Positions 30,140 through 42,830 of a stretch of DNA of 64,000 bases are shown piece by piece. Source of the DNA: Thecamonas trahens ATCC 50062 (taxonomy: Eukaryota; Protista; Apusomonadida); contig NW_013657668.1 in NCBI RefSeq assembly GCF_000142905.1, forward strand, positions 234,492 to 298,491. Reading direction: 5' to 3'. The notes below the pieces were generated by a model. The model was given only the letters and a program-made list of their open reading frames with translations, had not been told where the DNA came from and ran no database searches. Both the position numbers and the translations under genes were made by a program. The number at the start of each line of letters is the position of its first letter. Position 1 is the first letter of the stretch.

Positions 30140-33100
30140 ATGTCACGGCTGCTAAGGTCGAGCAGGCTTCTCACACCAAGTAGTCCTGCACGCAGGCCCG
30201 CTCCACGCACCTATGACTCGCCGTCTTTCCCACATAGAGTCGCCAGAGTGGCGGCTGCCCGTGCCGGGACCGAGGCTGGCACTGGCGCTGGCGCTGGCGC
30301 TGGCGCCGCCAGCGCGAGCACTGCTACTGCTGTCGCCTCAGGGCCTGGGGTAGGGGCAACTGGGCCAACGTCGCATACAGCCCGTGTTGGACGACCACTC
30401 TCGGCGTCACAGCTGCCGACTGGTTCGAGGCGTGGTAGGCAGCAGGCCAGCCCGCGACCGTCGTCACCGTCGCCGCTGCCGGTGCAGACGCAACCGCAAC
30501 TGGTGCTCCAGCCGGCCTCGCCGCCGCGGTCGATGGTGGCACCGCGAAACTCGGCCGAGATGGACGCGCTAAGGGCACAGCTCTCGTCGCTGCAGTCCCA
30601 GCATGCCGCGCTCTCCACCGCCCACGAGTCGGTCAAGGCCGATCTCGCCCGCAAGCGCAACCAGATCTCGGTTGCTGAGGACAATCTGGTCAACGCCAGC
30701 TCCCGGCTTGCCAAGGCTGAGGCACGTGCCGACGGGCTAAAGGCGCAACTCGATGCCGAGCTGGCACGCAGCAAGGCCGAGGCCCGCTCCCGCGCTGATG
30801 CCGAGTCCCGCCTCCGCTCGCTCTCGTCCGAGCACTCGGCGCTGCAGGAGGCCGCCAACAAGCTCCGCGAGTCCAACGTGCTGCTCTCAACCAAAGCCTC
30901 CTCGCTCGAGTCGCAGCTAGAGGTGGAGCGGACTCGAACAGCGTCCAAGCTCCGCGCTGTGGCCAAGGATCGCCAGGCGCTCAAGGCAGCTCTGCGCGAG
31001 GCACGTGAGACCGTCACTGTCCTCATGGCGCGGTCATCGGAGCTCGAGTCAAGCTCGGCCGCCATGCGCGCCGAGCTCAATGCTACCATCGACAAGCTCT
31101 TGGAGGCCCGCTCCGACTCGGACTCGGACTCGGAGTTTGGTGCCCGCGAGTCGGCCACGTCGCTCGCTGCTCAGCTTGCTGCGCAGCTGGCCGACGCCTC
31201 GGCGCAGATTGCCCACCTACAGCATGCGGTCGAGGAGGCGCAGGCGCGCGCGAGCGCCACCGACGACGCTGCCCGTATCGATCTTGAGCGGCGTGCGGCC
31301 GAGCTCGACGCCCAGGCCCGCGACCTCGCTCGCCAGCGTCGCGAGCTTGACGCCGACACGCACTCGGCCGCTGCTGCTGCTCGATCTGACGCCAGTGCTC
31401 GCGAGGCCCAAGCTGCTTCTCGGGAGGCCGAGCTCCGCACTCGCACCAAGGCTCTGCAAGAGCGAGAGGCCCAGCTCGCTGCCATCACTGATCGCCTGTC
31501 GGGCTCTGTCGGCATCGCCGACGACTCGCTGGCTGCCTCCATCTCCTCGCTTATGCGCTCGCAGTCGTCGATGGTCAAAACCGATTTTGCAACCATCGAG
31601 CACTCTCTTGCAACGTTCCAGGCTAAGACCCAGGCGCTGCGCAAGGAGCGAGCAGAACTCGATTCGCGCCAAAAGGCGCTCTCGGCCGAGACAGCCAAAC
31701 TCACCCAGCTCGCAGCCGAACTCGATGCACGCAAGTCCAAGCTCGACGCTCATGCCGACGAGCTTGTTGCCCGCGCCGACGATCTGCGCCGCCAATCGAA
31801 CGCGCTTGACGACGCCCGTGGCCTTCAGGCCAAACTGGACGACCGAGCCCGCCAGCTGGATGAGCTCAAAATCGAGCTCGACCAGCGGGCCGCCGACGAA
31901 GCTGCAGCCGCTGCAAACGCTGCAGCTGCCGTCTCCCGTCGGGAAGACGCCGCCGCAAACGCCGAGGCTGATCTCGCTGCCCGGGAAGCATCCCTGGCTG
32001 CTGCCCGAGACGCGCTCTCCGCGGAGCGGAGCCAGATCGAGGAGTTCCGTGCCCACCTCGATGCGCGCCACTCGGCACAGGTCCAGCGTGGTGACTCACT
32101 CGACGCTCGCGAGAGAGCAATCGTTGCCGACGAGGCGCGGGTGCAGAGCGAGCTTGCCGAGGCACGGAAACTGCGTTCAGAGCTCGATGCACTAGAGGAC
32201 GAGCTCACCGACCTCGTTCGATTCCGTGAGGAAGAGGAGGAGCAGCTACGGTCGGACCGCGCTCGGTTCGAAGACGAAATGGCCACCGCTCAGGCCCGCC
32301 TGGACGCTCTCGCACAGGCCGCCGCCGACGACGCCGCCGCCGCCGCCGCCGAAGCAGCGGCCCAAATTGAGCGCAACGACCTCGAGTCTTCCAACCGCAT
32401 CAAGGCTGCGTGGGAAGAGACCGAGGCCGAGCTTGCCGCCGCTCGCGCTGCCGCTGAGGCGCGCGCCCAGGCTGAGGCTGCAGAGTCCGCGGCACGCATC
32501 GAGCGGAATGAGGCCGAGTCTGCCGAGCGCATCGCCAAGGCCGACGCCGCCGCCGCCGCAGAGCGCGCTGCAGAGCGTGCTGCACTGGATGCCGCCGCCG
32601 ACCGCGCTGTAGAGCGCGAAGCTGCCGCCCGCGCCGAACTCGACAAGGCCCGCGCCGAGCTTGAGACCCGCTTGCGCGAGGTTGCTGGAGCCGCCGCCGC
32701 TGCCGACTCCAAGGCCAAGGCCAACTCGGCCGAAAAACATGCACTGCGCCAACTTTCTCTCAAGCTCAAGCACCAGATGGCCGAGGTTCGAGCACAGGTC
32801 CGCCGTGAGCTTGCCTCGGAGTTTGAAGCCGAGGCTCGTGAGCTGGATGTCAAGGGCCGCGAACTCACCGCCCAGATTGAGGCCAAGTCGGCCCAGCTCA
32901 AGGCCCAGGGCGAGGCGCTGCGCGAGAGGGGCGCAGCTCTCGAGGCTGAGCGCGACGCCCTGCAGGCTCAGGCCGACCGCCTAGAGGCGTCGATGATTGA
33001 GTTGGCCTCACGGTCAGAGGCTGTGGCCGCCGCCGAGGCTGCCAACCAGGACGCCGCCGCGTCGTGGGCTGCCGAGCAGCAGCAGATTACCGCCCGCGCT

Positions 33101-36100
33101 GAAGCACTCAATGAGCAAGCGGCGCGGCTCGAGGCTGAACGCGAAGCGTTGGACAACGCCGCAAGCCAGACCCGTGCTCAGCTCGACGCCCGCGAGCTGG
33201 CACTCAATGCCCGCGGAGCTGACCTCGAAGCCCGCATCAAGTCCGTCGAGGCTCGCGAGAACGACGTTCGCACTTCGCAAGCGCAGCTCGCTGCCGAGAC
33301 GGCGGCGCTGTCGCAGCGGACCGATGCTTTCGCCGCCGCGTGCGAGGAGCGGATGCAGCTCGACGAGGAGGCACGCGCTGCAGCTCGCGAAAAGATGGAG
33401 GCCGAGCTCATGGCCGAGGTTCACGCCGCGCACGACCGTGCTGCGTCGCGCTCGCGCGACCTTGACGCTCGCGCTGCCGAGCTGGATCGGCGCGCAGCAG
33501 AGCTCGAGGCCGAGACCGATGATGTCCGTGCACGCGGACAACAGCTCGACTCCATGACCGCCCGCCTCGAGGCCAAGGAGTCCGAGTGGGCCGCATCACT
33601 CGAGGCAGCGCAAGCTCGTGTCGACAACGAGGCCCATCGCGTCAACCAGCTCGCCGCTCAGCTCGCCGCCGAACACAGCGCCCGCATGGCTGAGCTCGAC
33701 GCCAACGCAGCGGACGCCGCGAACACGGCACGGCTAGAGATGGAGGCCTTTAAGGCCCGGGCCATGGCTGCAGCAGAGGCCAAGGCCGACGAAAAGCTGG
33801 CTGCCGCCCGGGCGGCACTCGATGCCGAGTACGCGCAGCGGCGCGCCGAGCTGGAGTTGGATGCGACTGCCCAGCTTGCGCGCGCTGCCGAAGCCCGCTC
33901 GCGAAAGGCCGCGGACGAGCTGGCGGCCAAGGCTAGCGAGCTGGCGACCAAACACGACGAGCGACAGGCGAGCCTCGAAGCTCGCTTTGCGGACAAAGAG
34001 GCTGCGCTCCGGGCCGAGGTCGACGAGGCCAAGGCCCGTGTCGACGCCGAGGCCAAGGCGGCGCTGGCACATCTCGAGGCACGGATGGACAACCAAGCAC
34101 GCGAGCAGAGCCGCGAGCTGGAAAACTCCCGGGCACGGGCTATGGCCCAAATCGAAGACGAGCGCGCTGCGCTTGCTGCGGAGCGGAGGAACTTGGACGA
34201 GCTCCGGTCCCAGACCTTGAGTAGGCTCGACAGCCTCCGGGAGTCGACAAACGTCGAATCCCAGGCACTGCTAGCGAAGGCGCAGCAAAAGGCGGAGCAG
34301 CTGGTGGGTGAGGCGCAAGCCCGCGCCGACTCGGCAGCAGAGCGTGCGCTGACTGACGCGCAGGCCCGCGCCGCCGCCCTGGCCGCGGCCGCGGAAGCCG
34401 ATCTCAACGACAAGCTCGAGGCCCGCCGGACCGAGGTTGAGGAAGCTACCGACCGGCTTCGCACAGAGGCCGAGGCCTACGCGTCCTCGCTCAAGGCCGA
34501 GGCCGAGGCAAAGCTGGCCGTGATCTCTGAAGAGGAGAGCCAGAGACTACGCGCCCTGGAGCAGACCGAGGCAACGCTGGCGGCCAGAATTGAGTCTTTC
34601 ACTCACGAGGTGCAGGCTCGGATGCAGACCTTTGAGCGGCAGCGTGAGACTCTTGCTACCGACACCGCGGCCGCCGAGGCCAAGGTGGCCCGGCAAGCCG
34701 AAGATGCGGCCGAGGACGCGGCGCGGATTCGAGCCCGGCTCGAGGCCGAGGCCGCTCGGCTTCAGGAGGAGCGGTCGAACTGGGAGGCGACAAAGCTCGC
34801 GGCCCAGCTGCAGGCTGAGGACACCCAACGAGCGGCAAACGCAGCACTGGCGTCTGCCAAGGAGACGGCTGCGCGCGCCGAGGGCCAGATGCGCGAGGTT
34901 GAGTCCCGCGCAGCCCGGTTGGAGGCTGCCGAGGCCCGGCTGAGCGATGAGCGCCGAGCGCTGAGTACTGCCCGCGGCGAGGTCGAGATGGACGTGGCCA
35001 AGGCACGTGCAGCGCAGGTGGCTCAAGAAGCTGCGCTGACTTCGGCTCGCAAGGACTTGGATGCTGAGGGCGAGCGGATGGCGCGGGCGCATGCCGAGCG
35101 GATGGAGTCGCTGACCCGGCGCGAAGCCGCGTTTGAAGCGCAGGCTTCCGAGCTGATGGAGTCGCTGCGGGCCAAGGCTGCGGCGCTGGATGCCCGCGAA
35201 GAGGCACTGGCCGTGGCCGAGGCCGACGCTGATGCCGCGCTGGATGCCAAGAACCGGCAGCTTGAGGCGCTGCTCCTCAAGCGCTCTGACGAGCTGGACG
35301 CCCAGCTGGCGGCAGCCAAGTCGTCGCTCGAGTCACGGCTGGTTGCGGCGCGTGCGGATGACGCTGCCATTTTGCAGGAAAAGCTGGCGGTGGCTGAGGA
35401 CGCCAAGCGTGCTCTGGACGCTGGCTTTGCTGAGCTTGCACGCGATCGCCAGTCGCTGCAGGATCGGCTTGCCAAACTACACAAGGCGCGCGAGCTGCTG
35501 AGTGCTCGGTCTGAGGCGCTCGAGCGCTCCAAGCTACAGGCCACCGAGGATGTCAAGCGTGCCGAGCTAGAACTGGAGCACCGGTCGCGGGATCTGGACG
35601 CCCGCGAGGCTGCGCTGGAGGCAGCCGAGTCACGGACCGCGCAGTCGTCGTCGGCCATCGACGCGGCACGGCGGTCGGCCGAGGCGGACCTGTCACGGGC
35701 GCAGGCCGAGATCAAGGCTCAGAAGGAGGCACTGGAGAGTGCGCAGCAAGAGCTGCGGCGGACTCGCGACGAGGTGGAGACGACACGCCGTGAGGCTGCT
35801 GCGCAGCTGGCTGCCGCCCGTGCCCTCGAGGCTTCGCTCGGCTCGCAGCGCGGTGAGGCCGAGTCAATGTCGGCGCAGCTAGCCGCCCGTGAGGCGCAGA
35901 TTGCCGCCCGTGAAGCCGAGCTCTCCGAGCGCGCGTCGGCGCTCAAGCTTGCCCGCGACCGGCTTCGGCAGCGGGCCGCCGAGGTCAACGCCGACCGCGA
36001 AGCGGCACACTCTGCCAACAGTACCGAGCGCGAAGCGCTTGCCCGCGAAAAGGCGCTTGTGGCAGGGACCATGGAGGAGGCGCTTGAGCTCAAGGCGCGG

Positions 36101-38286
36101 TTGCAGGCCAAGGAGAATGCGCTTGAAGCGCGCGCGGTGGAGCTGGCCGCTCTCGAGGCGCGGTTTGTCGAGGTTACTCGCCGCGAGGCCGAGCTGGAGG
36201 CGGCGGCGATCAAGGCCGAAGCTGCGCAGTCGTCGTCGGCGCTGACACTCGACGCCGAGGCTGCACGACTGGCCAAGCGTGAGGCCGCGCTGCAGGCACA
36301 GCTGGCGGCGCTCAACAAGGCGCAGAGCTCGGTGTTCTCAGCCCACTCACAGCTCGAAGTGACCGAGCACACGCTTGTTAGCACCGAAGCGAGCCTCCGC
36401 GAGCGCGAGAACAAGATCGAGCAGCGCGAGTCAGCCCTGGCCATCAAGGAGGAGCGGCTTGTGGAGCGTGCAGAGGGCCTTGCGTCGCGGGCGAGGGCAT
36501 TGGAGGACGCCGAGCGTACGTTCCAGGCGCGCGAGACGGCCGCCGAGCGCGAGCTGGCGCGGCGGACCGAGGTGGTGGCTGAGCGTGAGGCCGCGGCGAG
36601 CCGGGCTGAAGCTAGCCACGCTGCCAAGGAGAAGCAGCTGCGTGAAGAGGCGCGTGCCGCGCACGAAGCTCAAGCTGCGCGTGATGCTGCCCAGATGCAG
36701 GCTGCGCGCGAGTCGCTGGATGCTGAGCGTACTGCGGTGTCGCGCGAGCGCGAGGCCCTGGCAGCCGCGCGGGCAAGCGTCGAGGCCGACCGGGCACGGA
36801 TTGCCGAGTTTGAGGCCGGCCGCGCTGCCGAGTGGCTCCGCGCCGAGAAGGAGGTTGAAGCGCGTGAGGTTCAGGTCTCGCTGGCGGCTTCCAAGGCCTC
36901 GTTGCGCGACGGCGAGGCGTCGGTGGCGTCGTCAGAGACGATGCGGCTGGAGCAGGCGCTCCTCGCTGCGCGGGCGGAGCTTGACGAGTGCCGGCTCGCG
37001 GCTGCGACGCAGGAAACCGCGTACCAGCAACGGATCACCGAGCTGGAGCGCGAGCTGGCCGAAGCTGAGGCGAGCCTGGACCGGTCGCGCATCGCTGTGG
37101 CGAACCTCGAGGGAGAAGTGGAGGAGCTTCAAGAGCGCAAGCGGGTGCTGGACGAGTTCCAAGCCAAGCTTCTCGCCCAGCAGCGCGACATGGTGACGGC
37201 GGCGCAGCAGGTGCGCGCCGCACAGCTGGCGACGGCAGCCGAGGTCGAGAGTCTGCGTCAGGAGAACGCAAGTCTCCGGTCCAGCATGGCACCGAGTGTG
37301 TCTGTGGCTGACGCTGCGCGGCTCTCCAAGGCTGAGGCCGTTTTGGAGGCGCGTGCAAGCCAGCTAGAGCAGGTCGAAGCAGCGCTGGAGGCGCGAGTGC
37401 AGCAAGTCGAGGCTGCGGCGGGCTCCGCCAGTATGGCGGCGAGCCACGGGCCGTTTGTGGCAGAGCTGTCGGAGACCATGGCCCGGATGCAGGAGCGGCT
37501 GGATGAGCTGGCGGCGCAGGCGGCCGTCCCGCAGGAGCCGCACTCGCCGATCCAGTCGCGGCTGGAGGGCGAGAGCCAGCAGCTAGAGCAGCTGTCGCAG
37601 ACGGTGCAGCAGATGCAAGAGCGGCTGGAGCTGATGGTCCGGTCTCCCGCCCAGCCGGCGCGTCAGCGAGCATGGCGTCGGTGGCGAGCTCGGGCGTGAG
37701 CTCGACCGACACGCCACAGTCACCGCGACTGGATGCGCTGCTGGCAAAGATGGCGACGCACGAGGCGCAGCAGGACGACTGGTTTGCTCGGCTCGATGCA
37801 CAGCTGCACCACCTGCGCGGTTCGGGCGAAGTGCTGCCGATGTCCGAGTCGCCGTGGCCGGCAGAGCGGTCTGTCACCGACCCCGCCGACGACTCGTCAT
37901 CCGAGGTCGGCTCGTCTGAGTTTGCACGCATCCGCGGTGCCATCCGCTCGCAGTGGCACGAAGCATCGGCCACCTCGACCGCTGTCTCGCACGAGCGGCT
38001 GTTCGAGACACGGCCCGAAGCGGGGCGCGTCCTCGCCGAGACTCGTCCCATGGAGGCCGGCGATCTCGAGTCCGACACAGAGACTGACAAAGCCGAGTCG
38101 CTCAGCGACACCATCGCTCGGCTTACCCTTCGGCGGCAAGAGCTCGCCGCCATGTTCCCGCTGGCTGACGACGTTGTGGCCAAGCAGGAGATGGCTGCCG
38201 AGATGGACGCCCTCGACAGCGAGCTCCAATCACTCCGAATCGCCGAGCAGCAACAGCAGCAACAGCAACAGCAGGCAAACCAGTGA
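30140..38286 (+). CDS. Giant (~2700 aa) A/E/R-rich coiled-coil protein (frameshift ~37630-37670)
   Basis: GCCACCATG at 30140; 7.5-kb open frame of heptad-like sequence; ORF 37672-38286 overlaps in the -1 frame and ends in polyQ. Confidence 0.82.
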
Positions 38287-38469
38287 GATTGCCATGCAGT
38301 GATTAAACATCGGCCTTTATCAACTCATCCCCCACATGGCCAGCCATCCCGCCTGCCGACGGCCGAGACGGGACGGTACTGGACGGAAGAGGGCGGGACG
38401 GGCCGAACCGACCCAAGTAAATGATTCGAGTTGGAGACGAGGACACTCAACTTGACACTAACCCTCATC

Positions 38470-39424
38470 ATGGCTGAGCAGCAGTGGTGGATGGACGACG
38501 CCAGCGGAAGCGAGAGCGGCTCCGAGTGGGAGGAGGTCTCTGTGATGGCCGAGGAGGAGCAGCAGGCTGCCGAGGATGCCGATGACGAGCTCGAGGCTGT
38601 TGCTGCTGAGCTTGACGGCGACGACGACGACGACGATGACGACTCGGGTGCCTCTGCCTGGGACGACGATGACGATGACGACGACGATGTACGTGTGTGA
38701 CATGAGCTAGCCGGCACACACACACACTTCCCCCCCCCCCTATCCCTATGAGATGGCTTCAGCCGGGAGAGGCGGGGGGTGGGCAGGGAGGTGCCGACGG
38801 GGGTGGTGGTGGCCCATTGGGCCATTTTTTTGCCGCGTCAGCGGGCCGGTCCTTGCTGCCTCCATGGAAGCCAAAGGGACAGGAGGGGCTAGTGACTGGG
38901 GGAGGGGAAGTGCACCAGAAGTCTGGTGGGCTTGTAGTTGGCCTGGTGGGTGGCAGCAGAGGGACGGTGTGGCTGGCTGGCTCGGTATGCACTCACAGGA
39001 CAGGACGGACGGAACGGGGATGGGCGGGCGAATGGTTGACCTGGGGCGGAATGATCGGCGGGTGAATGATTGACACGCCGTGGGCTGGCGGATGCGACGG
39101 TGGGGCAATGGCTGGTCGACGCTGTTTGTGGTGGTGGTGATGGTGGTGATGGTGATGGTGATGGTGATGGTGATGGTGATGGTGATGGTGATGGTGATGG
39201 TGTGCGGAGGGTAGGAGCCCGAGGACCAGAAGCCGTTCATCGAGGAGGCGTGCAAGGACAAGCACTGCCAGAAGGCGCTCAAGATCTACGAGGACTGCGC
39301 TGCTCGGCTCGCCGAGGCTCCGCAGGAGGTTCAGGACGAGCACGACTGCGTCGGCTACTACTTTGACCTCAAGCGCTGCATCGACCACTGTGCCGCGCCG
39401 CAGATCTTTGCCCAGCTGGTGTAG
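38470..39424 (+). CDS. UQCRH: Cytochrome bc1 hinge protein QCR6; exons 38470-38688 and 39215-39424
   Basis: Acidic exon 1; intron GTACGT(38689)...GTAG(39214), phase 0; exon 2 EPEDQKPFIEEACKDKHCQKALKIYEDCAARL...DCVGYYFDLKRCIDHCAAPQIFAQLV*. Confidence 0.92.
39135..39202 (+). repeat. (GGTGAT)n tract at the 3' end of the QCR6 intron
   Basis: Direct reading. Confidence 0.9.
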
Positions 39425-39918
39425 AGAAAGCCCTGCCAATCAAACACAGACACATCAATGCGATGCGAGTACCAGGTGTTTGCTAGCCATACCCACACTC
39501 ACTAGCCTGCACGGCTCCACCAATCAGCACCCTCTGTCGTCACCGGTCGCCGCTATCGCTGTAGGCCAAACACCACCACCGACAACTGCCGCCTGCCATC
39601 GAACACCACCACAGCACCAGCCATGGCCACGGCCACTCCACTCTGCCACACCTCAAACAAGGACCCATCTTCCCGTACGCACCGAGAGACCAAAACGTGG
39701 TGGTCTCTACTCGCTCTGATCCTGCACAGATGGTGAATTGCTTGCGGGCGGAGGCGGGGGTAGGGGTGGGGGTGGGGGTGGGGAGGGGAGGCAGAGCAGG
39801 TGTCAAACGGCCGGCCGTTGGCAGGCCTGCGAGGCGCCAGGAGCGTGACTCACCGAAGCAGGCGATGGTACAGGAATTGAGGGACGCGCGCAAGTACCGT
39901 TGTAGTAGAGTATAAGGA

Positions 39919-40757
39919 ATGGCGTTGATTCAAAGGCTTGGGACCGAGATGCGCGGGCTGGCAGAGAGCATGCTGCAGGGGATGGACTCGTCGCTGGACG
40001 CGCTCAACAAGCCGTTGTGGCGGGGTGATGCGGTGGGCGCGGCATCGGCGACGCCGGGCAGCCTGCGGACCGAGCTGGAGGCTGCGTTCTCGCGCCAAGC
40101 AGCGGTGAACCAGTTTCTGGCGCACACTAGCGTGTTGTCGTCTGTGCTCTCGATCGTCAACTTTCGGCGACGACTCGGATTCAGGACGAGCTCAACGAGT
40201 CGCGGCACACCATCACCGAGCTGGAGGACTCACTGGCGGACCACTCGATGATCCTGGACGAGCTCAACACGACGGTGGAGGAGCTGCACACGCAGGTCGA
40301 GGTACACGAGGCTCACGAGCAGGCACTGGCGTCTGCATTGAGCCAGCACCAGTCGCAACTGGCGGCGATGGAGGCGACGCTGGCCGCGCAGGCCGCCGCC
40401 CTCGTCGCCGTCGAGCGGACCAAGGTTCGAAAGGACATGCTGCTTGACGGCGCTGTGACCGTCGCCGGTCTGTGGGGTGTCAACATGACGCTATTTACTC
40501 TCCCGCTCAACATTGTGGTTGGCATTCTCCCGATCTCGGCTCGCGCCGGCGCCTGGCTAGTCCAGGCCGTCAAGCTTGTCGTCCTTGTTGCCTTTGTCCG
40601 CACTGTCCGCTCCAAGGCCATGGCGGCGGGCCTCCACAACGGCGCAGGCACCTTTAGCGCCTACGCTGTCCAGGGCCTCAGGCTGCTGGTGCGGTGGATC
40701 AAGTCGCTACTTGCCAAGGCTGCCGCTGCGCCGGCCATCATCGCCACCTCGTCGTAG
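39919..40757 (+). CDS. Coiled-coil protein with C-terminal TM helices (frameshift ~40149)
   Basis: ORFs 39919-40251 and 40248-40757 join as SVLLDRQLSATTRIQDELNESRHTITELEDSLADHSMILDEL with one added base. Confidence 0.65.
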
Positions 40758-40796
40758 ACGCTTTGCCCCTCCCTCCCCTCTGCCAGCACCTGCCCT

Positions 40797-41314
40797 CTAT
40801 TGAAAGTCAAGCAGAAGCTGCGGAAGGATCTGCTCGAGATGCATGGGCTCGACAACAGGCTCATCGCATGCTGCCGCCACTCCGGCGGCTCTGCGAAAGG
40901 CCTCACGCACAAAGGCCGTGGTGAGCATGTTGGCGGCGTGGACGGCCGAGCCAGAGATGCGCACGTTGTCGCTGTCCTCGGCCGACCACTCTTCCCTCAG
41001 CAGCCGCTCCACCACAGCCTTCCTCCGTCACCCGCACTAGAGAGTGAGTTTACCATGTGCCACACCGCCTGAGAACATACGAAGGGATTGGCAGCTATGT
41101 TGGCCGGAGCGGGCAGAGTGGGCCGAGTGGGCAAGCCTTGAACCACGACCTTTTTGGAGCCATGCCACTGTCGACTCCTGCCCACCTCACCACATCCATA
41201 CACCATGCACTCCCCCCCCCCTCCCCCTCCCCCCATCCATACACCCACCCACTACCCACACATTGCGCATACGTCTTTGAATCCACATCCTTCCTTCTTT
41301 TCCGGAGCTGCCAT
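40797..41314 (-). CDS. CENPX: CENP-X/MHF2 histone-fold protein; exons 41314-41273 and 41018-40797
   Basis: MAAPEKKEGCGFKD|AVVERLL (cf. human GFRKELVSRLL); FVREAFRRA; HLEQILPQLLLDF; intron GTATGC...AAG. Confidence 0.88.
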
Positions 41315-41449
41315 GACCTGCCGGCAGGACGAGACGAGTGTGTCCGAGTCCGTGTCCGTGATGACATGGCTCGTGTCAGTGACATCCGTCGCGGCCTGCA
41401 ACATCCACATCTCCCCTAGCATGCTTTCAATCCAGCTGCTCCACTCATC

Positions 41450-42643
41450 TCAACACACAGCATGTTCGTTGGCATCCATCAGCTCCAGATTGGAACTCGA
41501 GTCAGAGCCAGCATTGCTTGCCTCCGATGGGGCGAGGACGGCGCGGAGAGCAGCGAGGTCGGGATCAGAGCCTGCTGAGCTCCAGAGGGTGTCAAAGCTT
41601 GGATGGAGGAGCTGGCTGCGGATTCGCGCCGAAGAGGTAAACGGCGAGTGCAGCCGTGCACTCGGATCGGTGGCCAGCACAGCGGTGACGACCGCGGCGA
41701 GCTGCTGTGAATGCGGCGCCACTGGCGCGCCGCGGTCAAGTGCATCAACGGCTTTGCTCGCATGCCAGACCGGATCGTGGGCAAAGATCTGCGGGTCAAC
41801 GCCGGCAGCAGACACAAGCATCGAGTATACGTGCGGCGGCGTGGCCGACGCCGGCGGATGCGCCCCTGCGTACCGTGCTACGAGGTACGGTCCGACGCCC
41901 GGAACGCCGACCAGAAGCTCGACAATGCCCGCGTCAATCGCAAGAGCATCGTCGCCTCCATCGTCACACCCGGCCCGCGCCGCGAGAAGGTCGACAACCA
42001 TGCTGTGTACCTCATCTTGAAGGGACATAGCTGCAAACGCTGCAAAGTTGAACAGCGGCTGCGGCAGCTGATCCATAGGCGGCGCAAACGGCGGCGGATC
42101 CGGCAGCCGCGCCCGGCTCTTCTTCGCGTCGGTCTTACCAGCCGCAAAAGGTTGAGCACTCGTCGCCTCACCCTCTCCATCGCCATCACCGGCACGCCTA
42201 CCACCATCGCTTCGGCTCTGCCTCTCCAACGTTTCCAGCGCAGCCATCCGCTGACTCTCGCGGCTCGGCCGGCTCGGCGAGACAGTTGTTGATGAGGAGG
42301 TCGCCTCTGACGATGCCGCATCGGCCGCCGCAGGCACCTCCGACTCTGACACATCCTCGCCATCTGTACCAGCTGCTGCCGCCACCTCCGCTGCCGCCGC
42401 TGCCGCCGCTGCCGCCGCCGCTGCCGCCGCTGCTTCCTGCTGGCGGGCCAGTCGCTCCGCAAGTGGATGGCCCCGAGGCCGAGGTGCGCCAGCTTCGGTC
42501 TCTGGGTGAGCCTCGGTGGGCGGCTCGGTCGGCCGGCCTCGCTGAGCATATAGATAGTACCCACCACCCAGCACGGCCAGGCCCATCCATATCCACGCGC
42601 CGTAACCACTCTCACCCACTACTGTTGCAGCCTCTTCCTCCAT
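41450..42643 (-). CDS. Hypothetical N-terminally anchored membrane protein
   Basis: ATG 42643; TM YGAWIWMGLAVLGGGYYLY; polyAla; globular C-terminal half. Confidence 0.6.
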   Translation of the reverse strand: MEEEAATVVGESGYGAWIWMGLAVLGGGYYLYAQRGRPTEPPTEAHPETEAGAPRPRGHPLAERLARQQEAAAAAAAAAAAAAAAEVAAAAGTDGEDVSESEVPAAADAASSEATSSSTTVSPSRPSRESQRMAALETLERQSRSDGGRRAGDGDGEGEATSAQPFAAGKTDAKKSRARLPDPPPFAPPMDQLPQPLFNFAAFAAMSLQDEVHSMVVDLLAARAGCDDGGDDALAIDAGIVELLVGVPGVGPYLVARYAGAHPPASATPPHVYSMLVSAAGVDPQIFAHDPVWHASKAVDALDRGAPVAPHSQQLAAVVTAVLATDPSARLHSPFTSSARIRSQLLHPSFDTLWSSAGSDPDLAALRAVLAPSEASNAGSDSSSNLELMDANEHAVC

Positions 42644-42830
42644 TGTCTGCACCAACAATAGCTTGGTGAAGTGTTCCCGACCGCCCAACTTGCCGGCCAA
42701 CTTGCTGACCTCGTGGCTTTCAATCACAGACTGACGACCACACACCGCGCGCCATGCATCGCTAGCCACCAACCAGGCTGGTTTACCCGCTTTGTTCTCG
42801 GCCGGTGGCAAGCATTGAGTCATTAACTCC

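Noticed and set aside
38993-39439. Poly-His ORFs (also near 8640 and 9915)
   Set aside because: Translations of intronic or intergenic simple repeats.
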